64,000 nucleotides of DNA, taken from assembly GCA_947485165.1 (NCBI GenBank), contig CANKRG010000001.1:17719-81718 (forward strand), written 5' to 3'. The notes under the pieces are model-generated. The model had not been told where the DNA came from. It searched no databases and was given only the letters and a program-made list of their open reading frames with translations. The stretch comes from Comamonadaceae bacterium (GTDB lineage Bacteria > Pseudomonadota > Gammaproteobacteria > Burkholderiales > Burkholderiaceae_C). Numbering within the stretch: the first letter of the stretch is position 1; each line of letters starts with the position of its first letter. The position numbers and the translations under genes are program-made. Shown here in pieces: positions 1-11,492 of the stretch.

Positions 1-2025
1 ACTCGGCAAGAAGGTGAAGCAGATCCACGAACTGGTGAGGGCGTTACCAAGCCAGGCGATTTCACGTTGGATGAAAAAACACAGCAGGTGTTTTTGACTG
101 AAATGGGGCATGAAAATGCTGAGCGTGTTTTGTACAACATGGACTTGATCCCTGAGGGTTCAACTTTGTACGATCCGGCCAATATCACCTTGGTGCATCA
201 TTTGTACGCAGCGCTTAGGGCTATGAATTTATTTCATCGTGATCAGCATTACGTTGTGCAAGAGGGTGAAATCGTCATCGTGGATGAATTTACGGGTCGC
301 TTGATGTCAGGGCGCCGCTGGAGTGACGGTTTGCACCAAGCGGTTGAAGCTAAAGAAGGCGTGGCTATCCAAGCAGAAAATCAAACGCTGGCATCCATCA
401 CGTTTCAGAACTATTTCCGCTTGTATGGAAAATTAGCGGGCATGACGGGAACGGCGGATACGGAGGCCTACGAATTTCAAGAAATTTACGGATTGGAAAC
501 GCTGGTGATGCCACCGAACCGTCCAAGCCAGCGCGAGGACCAGCTAGACCGTGTTTACAAAACTACGCATGAAAAATACGAAGCGGCTGTCAAAGATATT
601 CGTGATTGCTATGAGCGTGGGCAACCTGTTTTGGTGGGCACAACATCGATAGAGAACTCTGAGATCATTGACCAATTATTGACAAAAGAAGGCTTGCCGC
701 ACCAAGTGCTCAATGCCAAGCAACATGCGCGCGAGGCTGATATCGTCGCACAAGCGGGTCGACCAAAGATGATTACCATCGCGACCAATATGGCTGGCCG
801 TGGTACGGATATTGTGCTGGGCGGTAATTTGCAAATGGCGATTGATGCGACGGAACAAGACGAATCGTTGGATGAATCAGTCAAACAAAAGCAAATTGAA
901 CAATTGCGAGCCACTTGGGCCACAGATCATGCGTTTGTGAAATCTGTCGGTGGTCTGCGTATCGTCGCTACTGAGCGCCATGAGTCGCGTCGTATTGACA
1001 ATCAATTGCGTGGTCGTTCAGGCCGTCAAGGTGACAACGGGTCATCGCGCTTTTTCTTGAGTCTTGATGATTCGTTGATGCGTATTTTTGCGGGTGATCG
1101 TGTTAAATCCATCATGGATAGGCTCAAAATGCCTGAAGGTGAAGCGATTGAAGCGGGTATTGTGACGCGCAGTATCGAAAGCGCCCAGCGTAAAGTTGAA
1201 GCGCGCAATTTTGATATTCGTAAGCAGTTGCTTGAGTACGATGATGTCGCCAACGATCAACGCAAAGTGATTTACCAGCAGAGAAATGATATTTTGGATG
1301 CGGTTAGCTTGAGCGAACAAATTAAATCATTGCGTGAAGGATGTTTCACGGATTTGGTCCGCCAATATGTACCGGAAGGTACCGTTGAAGAGCAATGGGA
1401 TTTAGCTGGCTTGGAAAAAGCTTTGGCTCAAGATTGGCAAATCAACTTGCCTTTGTTGCAAGAAGTACAAGCAGCTTCCGCCATTGAAGATGAAGAAGTT
1501 TTAGAAAAAGTTGTTGATGCTGCCAATTCGAGCTTTGACAGCAAAGTCGATCAAATTGGCGAAGAAAACTTCACGCACTTCGAACGCATGGTCTTGTTGC
1601 AAAACATTGACAGCCATTGGCGTGATCATTTGAGTTCATTGGATTATTTGCGACAAGGTATTCACTTGCGAGGGTATGCTCAAAAACAACCCAAGCAAGA
1701 GTACAAGCGAGAAGCTTTCGAATTGTTCGGTCAACTCCTGGATGCCGTTAAATTTGATGTAACCAAGGTTTTAATGACGGTTAAAGTTCAGTCTAGTGAA
1801 GAGATTGAGCGTGTGGCTGATGACATGGAAAATCGGGCTGAAAAAATTGCTAATGTTACCTACACAGCGCCAACTGAGACCGGAGAAGCGATAACGATGC
1901 TTGATGAGTCAACTGCTGGCCCAAATGCCGCAGGCTTGCCGCCAGTAGGTCGAGTAGGTCGCAATGAACCCTGCCCTTGCGGTAGCGGTAAAAAATACAA
2001 ACAGTGCCACGGAAAATTAGCCTAA
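1..2025 (+). CDS. secA: Preprotein translocase ATPase SecA, C-terminal part (5' end lies upstream of the window)
   Basis: Frame 1 is open from base 1 to the stop at 2023-2025. The translation carries SecA motifs ([34 protein letters not shown]) and the C-terminal zinc-binding tail [14 protein letters not shown]. Confidence 0.97.
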   Translation, partial: TRQEGEADPRTGEGVTKPGDFTLDEKTQQVFLTEMGHENAERVLYNMDLIPEGSTLYDPANITLVHHLYAALRAMNLFHRDQHYVVQEGEIVIVDEFTGRLMSGRRWSDGLHQAVEAKEGVAIQAENQTLASITFQNYFRLYGKLAGMTGTADTEAYEFQEIYGLETLVMPPNRPSQREDQLDRVYKTTHEKYEAAVKDIRDCYERGQPVLVGTTSIENSEIIDQLLTKEGLPHQVLNAKQHAREADIVAQAGRPKMITIATNMAGRGTDIVLGGNLQMAIDATEQDESLDESVKQKQIEQLRATWATDHAFVKSVGGLRIVATERHESRRIDNQLRGRSGRQGDNGSSRFFLSLDDSLMRIFAGDRVKSIMDRLKMPEGEAIEAGIVTRSIESAQRKVEARNFDIRKQLLEYDDVANDQRKVIYQQRNDILDAVSLSEQIKSLREGCFTDLVRQYVPEGTVEEQWDLAGLEKALAQDWQINLPLLQEVQAASAIEDEEVLEKVVDAANSSFDSKVDQIGEENFTHFERMVLLQNIDSHWRDHLSSLDYLRQGIHLRGYAQKQPKQEYKREAFELFGQLLDAVKFDVTKVLMTVKVQSSEEIERVADDMENRAEKIANVTYTAPTETGEAITMLDESTAGPNAAGLPPVGRVGRNEPCPCGSGKKYKQCHGKLA

Positions 2026-2059
2026 AACTGTTTTTGAAAGATTAGTTTGAAAGTATGCA

Positions 2060-3304
2060 ATGCCTGTTAACTTAACCGCTCCTCTAGCAGCTTCTTTACT
2101 GGATATTGAAGGACTTCGAATCGGCGTAACTGAAGCTGGTATTCGCAAAACAAACCGCAAAGATTTAACGGTTGTATTGATGGATGAAGGTGCCTCTGTG
2201 GCTGGCGTGTTTACACAAAATCGGTTTTGTGCTGCGCCCGTTCAAGTTTGCAGAGAGCATCTGGCTTTAAGTGACACCAACTCAGCTGGTGGCATACGTG
2301 CCATGGTTATCAATACTGGCAATGCAAATGCCGGGACAGGCGAAGACGGTTTGAAGCGTGCGCGGTCTACTTGCCGAACCTTGGCGGAAAAGTTAGGACT
2401 TGCCCCTCAGCAGATATTGCCTTTTTCGACCGGCGTCATCATGGAGTCTTTGCCACATGACCGTATCGCCGCAGGCTTAGATGCTGCTATTGGTGATGCC
2501 AAAACGAGCCACTGGCTGCGTGCAGCAGAAGCCATCATGACGACGGACACCGTACCTAAAGCATTCAGCAAACAAATTCAAATCTCCGGCAAAACCATCA
2601 GCATCACTGGCATCAGCAAAGGCGCTGGCATGATTCGCCCTAACATGGCTACGATGCTGGGATTTATGGCGACAGATGCTTGCGTTGCACCCGAAGCGAT
2701 TCAGCAACTAGCAACTGAGCTCGCCAATGGCTCATTCAATTGCGTGACAGTGGATGGCGACACATCTACCAACGATTCATTTGTCGTCATCGCTACTAAT
2801 AAAGCAGGGAATACGCCGATTTCAACTTGGGCGAGTGCTGACGGCGCTGTGCTTAAAGCTGCCATGATGGAAGTTGCGCGACTTTTAGCGCAGGCGATTG
2901 TGCGCGATGGTGAAGGTGCTACTAAATTTATATCCATTCAAGTTGATGGCGGAAAAACCAGTGAAGAATGTCGAAAGGTTGCTTACGCAATTGCGCATTC
3001 ACCTTTGGTAAAAACGGCTTTTTTCGCAAGTGATCCAAATTTAGGTCGCATTTTGGCTGCTGTTGGCTATGCTGGTATTGATGATCTTGATCAAACCAAA
3101 ATCGATCTTTTTTTAGACGACGTAAATGTGGCTACCCAAGGTGGACGCAATCCAAATTACCAAGAGTCCGATGGTCAGCTCGTCATGAAACAATCTGAGA
3201 TCATGGTCCGAGTCGTGCTCGGTCGTGGTCAAGTCAGTGAAACGGTTTGGACCTGTGATTTGTCTTACGACTACGTCAAAATCAATGCGGATTATCGCTC
3301 TTAA
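2060..3304 (+). CDS. argJ: Bifunctional ornithine acetyltransferase / N-acetylglutamate synthase ArgJ
   Basis: 414-aa ORF with ArgJ family features, including the autoprocessing region [14 protein letters not shown]. secA-argJ adjacency is common in Burkholderiales. Confidence 0.93.
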   Translation: MPVNLTAPLAASLLDIEGLRIGVTEAGIRKTNRKDLTVVLMDEGASVAGVFTQNRFCAAPVQVCREHLALSDTNSAGGIRAMVINTGNANAGTGEDGLKRARSTCRTLAEKLGLAPQQILPFSTGVIMESLPHDRIAAGLDAAIGDAKTSHWLRAAEAIMTTDTVPKAFSKQIQISGKTISITGISKGAGMIRPNMATMLGFMATDACVAPEAIQQLATELANGSFNCVTVDGDTSTNDSFVVIATNKAGNTPISTWASADGAVLKAAMMEVARLLAQAIVRDGEGATKFISIQVDGGKTSEECRKVAYAIAHSPLVKTAFFASDPNLGRILAAVGYAGIDDLDQTKIDLFLDDVNVATQGGRNPNYQESDGQLVMKQSEIMVRVVLGRGQVSETVWTCDLSYDYVKINADYRS

Positions 3305-3316
3305 CTCGATTGCACC

Positions 3317-4183
3317 ATGAACGAAAATTTCGAACGCTTTTTGCTACGTGCAGAATCACTCGTAGCACGACTTGAAGCCACATTGCCGCAAGCGTTAAGT
3401 GCGCCAGACTGGAATGCAGCCATTGCCTTCCGATACAGAAAACGCAGCAACAACCACGGTACCTTGGAGCCTGTACGCCATATTGGCGTGACTCGACTGG
3501 ATGACTTAAAAGAAATTGATATTCAAAAAGAAAAAATTGAACGCAATACCAAGCAATTTGTAGATGGCAAATCGGCCAACAATGTTTTGCTGACTGGCGC
3601 ACGTGGAACGGGCAAATCATCGCTGATCAAAGCTTGTTTGAACGAATACTCAGCTCTTGGACTGCGCTTGATCGAGGTCGATAAAGCTGATCTGGTTGAT
3701 TTACCCGACATCGTTGATGTTGTGTCAGATCGTCCCGAGAAGTTCATCGTCTATTGCGATGATTTGAGCTTCGAGGAAGGCGAGCCGGGCTACAAAGCTT
3801 TAAAGTCGATATTGGATGGCTCCATTGCTGCGGCATCGCCTAATGTACTCATTTATGCCACCAGCAACCGAAGGCATTTGCTGCCTGAGTACATGAAGGA
3901 AAATCTGACCTATCAACACACGGACGATGGCGAAGTCCATCCCGGTGAAGGTGTTGAAGAGAAGATCTCATTGTCCGAACGCTTTGGTTTGTGGATCAGT
4001 TTTTACCCATTCAACCAAGAGGAGTATCTGGCCATCGTGGCCCAATGGTTGAATTTCTTTGGTATTGATGCTCAAAAAGTACCTGAAGCACGGCCACAGT
4101 CCTTGGTTTGGGCTTTGGAGCGCGGTTCCCGCAGTGGTCGTGTCGCCTACCAATTCGCACGAGATTTTGCTGGACGAGCTTGA
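3317..4183 (+). CDS. DUF815-type AAA ATPase (uncharacterised ATP-binding protein)
   Basis: 288-aa ORF with Walker A (GARGTGKSS) and Walker B (FIVYCDDLSF). The overall pattern matches the DUF815 family. Confidence 0.75.
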   Translation: MNENFERFLLRAESLVARLEATLPQALSAPDWNAAIAFRYRKRSNNHGTLEPVRHIGVTRLDDLKEIDIQKEKIERNTKQFVDGKSANNVLLTGARGTGKSSLIKACLNEYSALGLRLIEVDKADLVDLPDIVDVVSDRPEKFIVYCDDLSFEEGEPGYKALKSILDGSIAAASPNVLIYATSNRRHLLPEYMKENLTYQHTDDGEVHPGEGVEEKISLSERFGLWISFYPFNQEEYLAIVAQWLNFFGIDAQKVPEARPQSLVWALERGSRSGRVAYQFARDFAGRA

Positions 4184-4630
4184 GTGGAAGACGTCAAGAT
4201 TGTTGACCCCGAGCTTGCTCGAACGACGCTAGGCCAAAGACCGGTTACAGAGGTAGCCGTCGGTATTTTGATTCGTTCGAATGGCGATTTTTTAATGACA
4301 ACACGACCTGCTGGCAAAGCTTATGCAGGCTATTGGGAGTTTCCTGGCGGCAAACTTGAGGCCAATGAAACTGTTATAGAAGCACTTCGCCGTGAATTGA
4401 TAGAAGAGATTGGCGTTGTCATTGAAGACGTAGGCATTTGGCGGTCAAGTGTGGTCGATTACCCGCATGCTTTGGTACGTTTGACTTTTTGTAAAATATC
4501 CGCTTGGACCGGACAATTGCACATGCGTGAATCACAGCAATTTGCTTGGCAAAGTTTGCCCGTTCAAGTCGCGCCCGTGTTGGCCGGTACAATTCCGGTG
4601 CTTCAGTGGTTGGAAAATGGCGTCAATTGA
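4184..4630 (+). CDS. mutT: NUDIX hydrolase, MutT-like (8-oxo-dGTP diphosphatase family)
   Basis: 148-aa ORF with a GTG start abutting the upstream stop. Nudix box GGKLEANETVIEALRRELIEEIGV is present. Confidence 0.8.
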   Translation: MEDVKIVDPELARTTLGQRPVTEVAVGILIRSNGDFLMTTRPAGKAYAGYWEFPGGKLEANETVIEALRRELIEEIGVVIEDVGIWRSSVVDYPHALVRLTFCKISAWTGQLHMRESQQFAWQSLPVQVAPVLAGTIPVLQWLENGVN

Positions 4631-4643
4631 GTGGGTTTAAGTT

Positions 4644-4689
4644 GCTATATAATTAATAGCGATATAGGCAGCAAATACATTGGCTAGAG
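4644..4689 (+). repeat. Interspersed ~45-bp repeat, copy 1 (GCTAT-N7-ATAGC ... AAATAC ... GGCTAGAG)
   Basis: GCTATataattaATAGCgataTAGGCAgcAAATACattGGCTAGAG, in the gap between convergent mutT and yacG. It aligns with the other copies listed below. Confidence 0.8.
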
Positions 4690-4696
4690 AGATGTT

Positions 4697-4912
4697 TTAC
4701 TGTAATTTAGCATCTCCGTATACTTGGTCATCGGGCGGCGCGTCTGCTGGCATCCTAAAGCGCTCACTTGCCCAGGCGCCGTAGTCAATATTTTTGCAAC
4801 GTTCGCTGCAAAATGGGCGGTAAACATTGCTGGCAGCAAAAATACTGTCACCACCGCACTGCGGACAAGCAACTATTTTTACGGATTGATTTGCTGTAGT
4901 CGTCATGAGCAA
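4697..4912 (-). CDS. yacG: DNA gyrase inhibitor YacG (zinc-finger protein)
   Basis: 71-aa ORF with CPQCG...[14 protein letters not shown], the YacG zinc-ribbon signature. It overlaps the zapD 3' end by 10 bp. Confidence 0.85.
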   Translation of the reverse strand: MLMTTTANQSVKIVACPQCGGDSIFAASNVYRPFCSERCKNIDYGAWASERFRMPADAPPDDQVYGDAKLQ

Positions 4913-5658
4913 AGCGTCAATTCAAATGCCGCATCCTCTGCAGCAGGGTGCAGTCGCTCCGCATCATCTTGACGCATCAAACGAATCATCACAATTAAAC
5001 GATTGCCACTGATTTCAGGGATCAAATTCATCGACGAATTAATCCGCATACGCAGCAGTTGATAGGGTTTGCCTTGCGGTAAATTCTGTTGAAATTGACC
5101 ACTGCTAGCAATCATTTTTTGAGCAGAACCTGATTCGCGCAAGATTTTTAAAAGTAAAAAAATAGCATTAGCCAAGGGTGACAATGGTTCAGACCAGCGT
5201 GTAATATCTGTTCGGCGGCGTAAAAACGACGCGTTTTGCCAAGCGTAGTAAGCTGGCAAGTCAAATTCGCATGTGCCGCCAGGAATTCCCATACGGCTGC
5301 GTACACTCATCAACCAATCGTTTTCTGTGAGCGATTGACCAGCTTTGCCGGCTAAGTTGTTGAGCGCAGTAAAGCAATGCTCGAGGTCGGCAATCACATC
5401 ATCAAGTGCTTCTTCGGCAATGGCGGGGTTCCCGCGGTAGCTGTTAAATACTTGTTTTTGCTTCTCTAAATCTTTCATCACGTCAGACTTAAGATCTGCA
5501 CGCGAGCCAACGTCCATCACTTCAAAAATGGTGGTCAAAGCGTAATGATGGTCAAGCGCAGACTCGCGCGATGATAATTCGCCAAGACGATTGAACAAAT
5601 GTTCAAGTCGAAGGTAAGTCCGGATTCTTTCGTTAAAAGGGTATTCGTAGAGGATCAC
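4903..5658 (-). CDS. zapD: Cell division protein ZapD
   Basis: 251-aa ORF with N-terminus [22 protein letters not shown], typical of ZapD/YacF. It sits in the conserved coaE-zapD-yacG order. Confidence 0.85.
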   Translation of the reverse strand: MILYEYPFNERIRTYLRLEHLFNRLGELSSRESALDHHYALTTIFEVMDVGSRADLKSDVMKDLEKQKQVFNSYRGNPAIAEEALDDVIADLEHCFTALNNLAGKAGQSLTENDWLMSVRSRMGIPGGTCEFDLPAYYAWQNASFLRRRTDITRWSEPLSPLANAIFLLLKILRESGSAQKMIASSGQFQQNLPQGKPYQLLRMRINSSMNLIPEISGNRLIVMIRLMRQDDAERLHPAAEDAAFELTLCS

Positions 5659-6290
5659 AATTTTTTCCGTTCATCGAATGGGTGCTGTAAGTGCTGTACA
5701 ACTTGCGTCACTTGCTCTCGAAGCTGTTCGACGGTGATACTATCATTGAATATAACGATATCAGCCGCGCCGTGACGCATTTTTCGACTGGCTTGGTTGG
5801 CAATTATTTTTTTCACATCTTCTTGTTTCAAGGTGTTGCGTGCCATAACACGTTCAATTTGAGTTTGTTCCAGGCAGTCAACCACCAATACTTGATCTAA
5901 CACCGGTCTCCAATGCGTCGTCTCGACCAGCAATGGTATGTCATACACTATCAGTTTGGCGCCCAAGAGAACAGCTGTCTGGTCTTGTCGTTGAATTTCA
6001 AGTTTGATCAGTGGGTGAATGATACTTTCAAGTCGGTTTTTCACGTCAGAGTCTGTAAAGACCAAGTCACGCATTCGGTTGCGGTTTAAGCTTCCATCTG
6101 CGCTGATCATGGCTTCACCGAACTGCTGTTTGATCGCTTCTATGGCCGCGCCATGCGTCGTGGTAAGGCTACGCGAAATAGCGTCAGCATCAATGACCAC
6201 AGCACCTAACGCAGTAAACATGTTCGCAACTGTACTTTTGCCGCTGCCAATGCCGCCTGTCAATCCTAAACGCGTAAGTTGATCTGGCAT
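5655..6290 (-). CDS. coaE: Dephospho-CoA kinase
   Basis: 211-aa ORF with P-loop GLTGGIGSGKST. There is a 4-bp overlap with zapD. Confidence 0.9.
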   Translation of the reverse strand: MPDQLTRLGLTGGIGSGKSTVANMFTALGAVVIDADAISRSLTTTHGAAIEAIKQQFGEAMISADGSLNRNRMRDLVFTDSDVKNRLESIIHPLIKLEIQRQDQTAVLLGAKLIVYDIPLLVETTHWRPVLDQVLVVDCLEQTQIERVMARNTLKQEDVKKIIANQASRKMRHGAADIVIFNDSITVEQLREQVTQVVQHLQHPFDERKKL

Positions 6291-6305
6291 TTGTCAGATG
6301 TAAAC

Positions 6306-7160
6306 TTAAATCGAAGCCAAGCTTACAAATTTCAACATGGCTTGTGGCCCAAAAAGCATGGCGCTGAACCCAGCTAAACCTAAAAAAGGCCCAAAAGGAA
6401 TGTAACCACCTTCACGTAATTTGCTGGAAAATTTGAGCGCAATGCCAATGACTGCACCAATAACCGAAGCCATCAAAATGATAGGGATCAATGCCTGCCA
6501 GCCAAACCACGCACCCAAAGCCGCAAACAGTTTGAAATCTCCGTAACCCATGCCCTCTTTACCGGTGACAAGCTTAAAAATCCAGTAAATAAGCCACAAT
6601 GAAAAATAGCCAATTGCAGCGCCCCAAATGGCTGATTCAAGTGAAACGTTGGTAACTTTTAGTGCCGCCAGTAGCAGACCAGCCCAAAGCAAAGGCAGTG
6701 TCATGTCATCCGGCAGCAAGGTAGTGTCCCAATCGATCATGGACAATGATAGCAACATGGCACTAAATCCGCACCATGCCAAGCCGGTTGGTGTTAGCCC
6801 CCAATGCCAAATGCAGTAAAAGAACAGTGCGCCCGTGATCAGCTCGATTGTTGGATATCGCAAGCTAATGGGCGTTTTGCATGCGGAGCATTTGCCGCGT
6901 AAAAACAAGTAACTGAACAAGGGAATATTTTCATACCATCGGATTTGATGTGCGCACTTAGGGCACTTTGAACGCGGAAGCATCAGGTTGAATACGGCTT
7001 CATCCGGGCGTGTTTCCCCCTTGAATTCAGCAACCTCTGTCGCCCATTGCTTTTCCATCATTTTCGGTAAACGATAGATCACCACATTCAAAAAGCTACC
7101 AACCAATAACCCGATAAAGCCAAATACACCGGCTTGCACAATATTTAAAGACTGCATCAA
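6306..7160 (-). CDS. pilD: Type IV prepilin peptidase / N-methyltransferase PilD
   Basis: 284-aa polytopic membrane ORF with the Cys pairs CPKCAHQI...CSACKTPI and a GYGDFKLFAALGAW peptidase A24 motif. Confidence 0.9.
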   Translation of the reverse strand: MMQSLNIVQAGVFGFIGLLVGSFLNVVIYRLPKMMEKQWATEVAEFKGETRPDEAVFNLMLPRSKCPKCAHQIRWYENIPLFSYLFLRGKCSACKTPISLRYPTIELITGALFFYCIWHWGLTPTGLAWCGFSAMLLSLSMIDWDTTLLPDDMTLPLLWAGLLLAALKVTNVSLESAIWGAAIGYFSLWLIYWIFKLVTGKEGMGYGDFKLFAALGAWFGWQALIPIILMASVIGAVIGIALKFSSKLREGGYIPFGPFLGLAGFSAMLFGPQAMLKFVSLASI

Positions 7161-8374
7161 ACGACTTGACCCAATTTGAAAATCGGCAAATACATAGCAA
7201 CCACAATGCCGCCGATAAGAGTGCCCAAAAACACAATGATGATGGGTTCTAACAAGCTAGACAAACCTGCGACCATGTCATCAACTTCAGCCTCATAAAA
7301 GTCGGCTGCTTTACCAAGCATGTGGTCAATCGTGCCAGATTCTTCACCAATAGCGCACATTTGCAAAACCATAGACGGGAAGACGCTTGCGTTGGTCATT
7401 GCGGTAGTCAAACTTGTACCGGTAGACACTTCGCGCTGAATACTGGTTGTCGCATTCAAATAAACAGAATTTCCTGCTGCGCCGCCTACAGAATCGAGCG
7501 CTTCTACTAAGGGCACACCAGCGGCAAACATGGTTGATAAAGTCCGCGTCCAGCGTGCCACACACGATTTTTCTACCAAAACACCAAAGACAGGAACTTT
7601 AAGCAAAATTCGGTCCATCACCATTTGCATTTTCTCGTTGCGTTGCCAAGCTTGCATAAATAAGTAAATGCCACCACCAATCACGCTAAAAATCAGCCAC
7701 CAGTAGCTGACGAAGAATTCGCTCATGGCCATAACAAACAGTGTCGGCGCTGGCAAATCTGCGCCAAAAGAGCTAAACACGCTCTTAAATGCCGGAATCA
7801 CAAAAATCATGATGATCGTGACCACCACAAAAGCCACCACCACCACGGCGATGGGGTACATCAGCGCTGATTTTATTTTTGACTTGATGGCTTCCGTTTT
7901 TTCCATGTAAGTGGCTAAACGGTCAAGCAAGGCTTCCAAAATACCTGCAGTCTCACCGGCTTCAATCAAATTGCAGTACAGGGCGTTGAAGTATTTGGGA
8001 TATTTGCGAAACGCAGAGCTAAGCGATGTACCCGTTTCAACATCTGCGCGAATATCGCTTAAAAGTTTCGTGACGCTAGGGTTGGGGTTGCCTCGACCAA
8101 CAATATCAAAAGTTTGCAAAAGCGGCACGCCGGCCTTCATCATGGTTGCAAACTGGCGGGTAAAAATGGCGATGTCTTTTGGCTTGATGGCCTTGCCAGA
8201 GCGTGTAGAGCGCTTTTTGATCTTGGTTGGCAGCACACCTTGGCGACGTAAAGAGGCCTGAACTATGTTTTCACTGGCTGCACGTATTTCACCACGAACC
8301 TGCTTTCCTTTGCGGTCTTTGCCTTCCCATTCGAAGACAAATTCTTTAACGCTTTTACTCACAGTGGTTGCCAT
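7157..8374 (-). CDS. pilC: Type IV pilus assembly platform protein PilC (GspF family)
   Basis: 405-aa ORF with the duplicated GspF-type domain architecture and three TM segments. There is a 4-bp overlap with pilD. Confidence 0.9.
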   Translation of the reverse strand: MATTVSKSVKEFVFEWEGKDRKGKQVRGEIRAASENIVQASLRRQGVLPTKIKKRSTRSGKAIKPKDIAIFTRQFATMMKAGVPLLQTFDIVGRGNPNPSVTKLLSDIRADVETGTSLSSAFRKYPKYFNALYCNLIEAGETAGILEALLDRLATYMEKTEAIKSKIKSALMYPIAVVVVAFVVVTIIMIFVIPAFKSVFSSFGADLPAPTLFVMAMSEFFVSYWWLIFSVIGGGIYLFMQAWQRNEKMQMVMDRILLKVPVFGVLVEKSCVARWTRTLSTMFAAGVPLVEALDSVGGAAGNSVYLNATTSIQREVSTGTSLTTAMTNASVFPSMVLQMCAIGEESGTIDHMLGKAADFYEAEVDDMVAGLSSLLEPIIIVFLGTLIGGIVVAMYLPIFKLGQVV

Positions 8375-8383
8375 AGGTTCCTA

Positions 8384-8420
8384 GAATATGAATATATATG
8401 AATATATAAGAATATAAAAG
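8384..8420. repeat. AT-rich tandem repeat GAATAT-GAATATATAT-GAATATATAA-GAATATAAAA immediately upstream of the pilC RBS
   Basis: Four GAATATA-like units start at 8384, 8390, 8400 and 8410, the last three with 10-bp phasing. They lie in the 74-bp ispB-pilC spacer. Confidence 0.6.
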
Positions 8421-8448
8421 TCAGCTATTGTTTGGCATACAAAGTTGA

Positions 8449-9432
8449 TTATGCATGTCTAACCAATAATTGGCTTGCTAATTGTAATAAAGCATCCCTA
8501 TATTGGCTAGGTTTGAGTTGGTCTAGCGCTTTGATGGCGCGCGCCGCCTCAGAGGCTGCCGCCTGCCTAGATGCGGCTAAAGCGCCAGTATCTCGCACAG
8601 CTTCCAAAATGATGCTTAATTGCGACAATTCACCAGTTTCTATGGCGAGCTTGATCATGTTTCGCTGGGCATCAGTACCGCGCTGCATGGCAATAATCAG
8701 CGGCAGTGTCGCTTTGCCTTCACGCAAATCATCGCCCAAGTTTTTGCCCATGACGGCGGGGTCACCGTCGTAGTCCAAGACATCGTCAATGACTTGAAAT
8801 GCGGTTCCCAAGGCTTGGCCATACTGGGCGCAAGCGTTTTCTAACGCCGAATCGGACTTCGCCAAAATGGCGCCTAAGCGTGCGCTGGCCTCAAATAACT
8901 TTGCTGTTTTGGAGCGGATGACGCGCAAATATCCTGCTTCGTCTAAAGAAGGGTCATGCATGTTCATCAACTGCATCACTTCACCTTCAGCGATCACGTT
9001 GGTGGCGTCCGATAAAATTTCCATGATGCGCATATCACCCGCATCCACCATCATTTGAAACGCTCGCGAGTACAAGAAATCGCCCACCAGCACACTGGCA
9101 GGATTGCCAAAGGATTCATTGGCTGTGGCTAATCCGCGACGCATTTCCGAGTCATCAACCACATCGTCGTGCAAAAGTGTGGCGGTGTGTATGAATTCGA
9201 CCACAGCTGCTAAGTTGTAACGCTGCGTACCCGTGTAACCCAAAGCCCCGCAAACAAGCAGCAGCAAAACGGGGCGCAAGCGTTTGCCGCCTGCAGAAAT
9301 AATGTACCTGGACACCTGACCGACCAAGGGCACTTCCGATGCAAGGCGGTTGGCTATAACCTTGTCGACTTCCAGCATGTCGGAGGCAACGAGTTGAATA
9401 GCGGCTGAGCTGGAGCTAAATTGAGCAGACAA
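8449..9432 (-). CDS. ispB: Octaprenyl-diphosphate synthase (trans-polyprenyl diphosphate synthase)
   Basis: 327-aa ORF with both aspartate-rich motifs (LLHDDVVDDS and VIDDVLDYDGD). It is divergent from rplU, as in most beta- and gammaproteobacteria. Confidence 0.9.
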   Translation of the reverse strand: MSAQFSSSSAAIQLVASDMLEVDKVIANRLASEVPLVGQVSRYIISAGGKRLRPVLLLLVCGALGYTGTQRYNLAAVVEFIHTATLLHDDVVDDSEMRRGLATANESFGNPASVLVGDFLYSRAFQMMVDAGDMRIMEILSDATNVIAEGEVMQLMNMHDPSLDEAGYLRVIRSKTAKLFEASARLGAILAKSDSALENACAQYGQALGTAFQVIDDVLDYDGDPAVMGKNLGDDLREGKATLPLIIAMQRGTDAQRNMIKLAIETGELSQLSIILEAVRDTGALAASRQAAASEAARAIKALDQLKPSQYRDALLQLASQLLVRHA

Positions 9433-9556
9433 AATATGATTACCGTGAAGTTTGCCTATTATAGAAAGCTCTTTTGTAGCGCCGCTATGGACTTGTTGCC
9501 TTCTGGCACGGGTTGAATGTTTGCTTGGTGTTGGTTGGCTTTTTAGGTGTCAACCA

Positions 9557-9565
9557 TGCTATAAT
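9557..9565 (+). promoter_or_regulatory. Candidate extended -10 promoter element (TGcTATAAT) for rplU-rpmA
   Basis: TGCTATAAT lies about 48 bp upstream of the rplU ATG. No good -35 hexamer was seen at 17-bp spacing, so this is a weak call. Confidence 0.35.
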
Positions 9566-9612
9566 CAAAGGCTCTATGGAAATTCTTCCGTAGAACTTCT
9601 AGGAAGGTTATT

Positions 9613-9924
9613 ATGTACGCGGTCATAAAAACCGGTGGCAAACAGTTTCGTGTTGTCACTGGAGAAAAAATTAAAGTAGAACAGATTGCTGCGGATGTAG
9701 GCCAAGAGATTGTGTTTGATCAAGTGCTTGCAGTCGGTAACGGCAGTGAGCTCAAAGTAGGCACGCCTTTGGTATCCGGCGCCACAGTTACGGTGACAGT
9801 TTTGTCACATGGATTGTTTGATAAAGTGCATATTTTCAAAATGCGCCGTCGCAAGCATTATCAAAAACGTCAAGGCCACCGCCAGCAGTATACAGAGCTG
9901 CAAATCGGTGCAATTGCCGGTTAA
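9613..9924 (+). CDS. rplU: 50S ribosomal protein L21
   Basis: 103-aa ORF starting [14 protein letters not shown], with an AGGAAGG RBS. Confidence 0.97.
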   Translation: MYAVIKTGGKQFRVVTGEKIKVEQIAADVGQEIVFDQVLAVGNGSELKVGTPLVSGATVTVTVLSHGLFDKVHIFKMRRRKHYQKRQGHRQQYTELQIGAIAG

Positions 9925-9962
9925 TTGATAAAGTTTATTGACGAAAAAGAGGACAAACTGTC

Positions 9963-10226
9963 ATGGCACAAAAAAAAGGCGGCGGCTCTACGCGAAATGG
10001 TCGTGATTCCAAGCCAAAAATGCTTGGCGTGAAGGCTTTTGGGGGTGAACTCATCTCTGCTGGCGCGATCATCGTGCGCCAACGTGGTACCAAGTTCCAC
10101 CCGGGTAACAATGTGGGCATCGGTGTTGATCACACTTTGTTTGCGCTCAAAGACGGCACTGTGTCGTTTGCTGTTAAAGGCGCGCTGAACAAGCACATGG
10201 TTAACATCACACCCGTACAAGCTTAA
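9963..10226 (+). CDS. rpmA: 50S ribosomal protein L27
   Basis: 87-aa ORF starting [16 protein letters not shown]. Confidence 0.97.
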   Translation: MAQKKGGGSTRNGRDSKPKMLGVKAFGGELISAGAIIVRQRGTKFHPGNNVGIGVDHTLFALKDGTVSFAVKGALNKHMVNITPVQA

Positions 10227-10246
10227 GTAATTTCGCTTTGCGTTGC

Positions 10247-10273
10247 AAAAAGCCCGCTCAGCGCGGGCTTTTT
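10247..10273 (+). terminator. Rho-independent terminator after rpmA
   Basis: AAAAA-GCCCGC-tcagc-GCGGGC-TTTTT: a 6-bp GC stem, 5-nt loop and T-run. Confidence 0.8.
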
Positions 10274-10303
10274 GCTTTGTCGGCATCCGACCACATCAAC
10301 TAA

Positions 10304-11380
<1,077 letters not shown>

Positions 11381-11406
11381 GCACATTTTAAGCACAATTT
11401 TTAATT

Positions 11407-11452
11407 GCTATATTATTTATAGCTACTTAGGAAATAAATACACCGGCTATAG
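11407..11452 (+). repeat. Interspersed ~45-bp repeat, copy 2
   Basis: GCTATattatttATAGCtacTTAGGaAatAAATACaccGGCTAtAG in the obg-proB spacer. Confidence 0.8.
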
Positions 11453-11492
11453 CCATATTTAGCCCTTAAACAATGATGAATAACAGCTATTT

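Noticed and set aside
9574-9605. Hairpins in the rplU leader (CTATGGAA-attc-TTCCGTAG; CTTC-tag-GAAG overlapping the RBS) as an L21-leader-type regulator
   Set aside because: The stems are short and contain a G-U pair. The known L21 leader motif is described for Firmicutes, and I cannot show conservation from one sequence.
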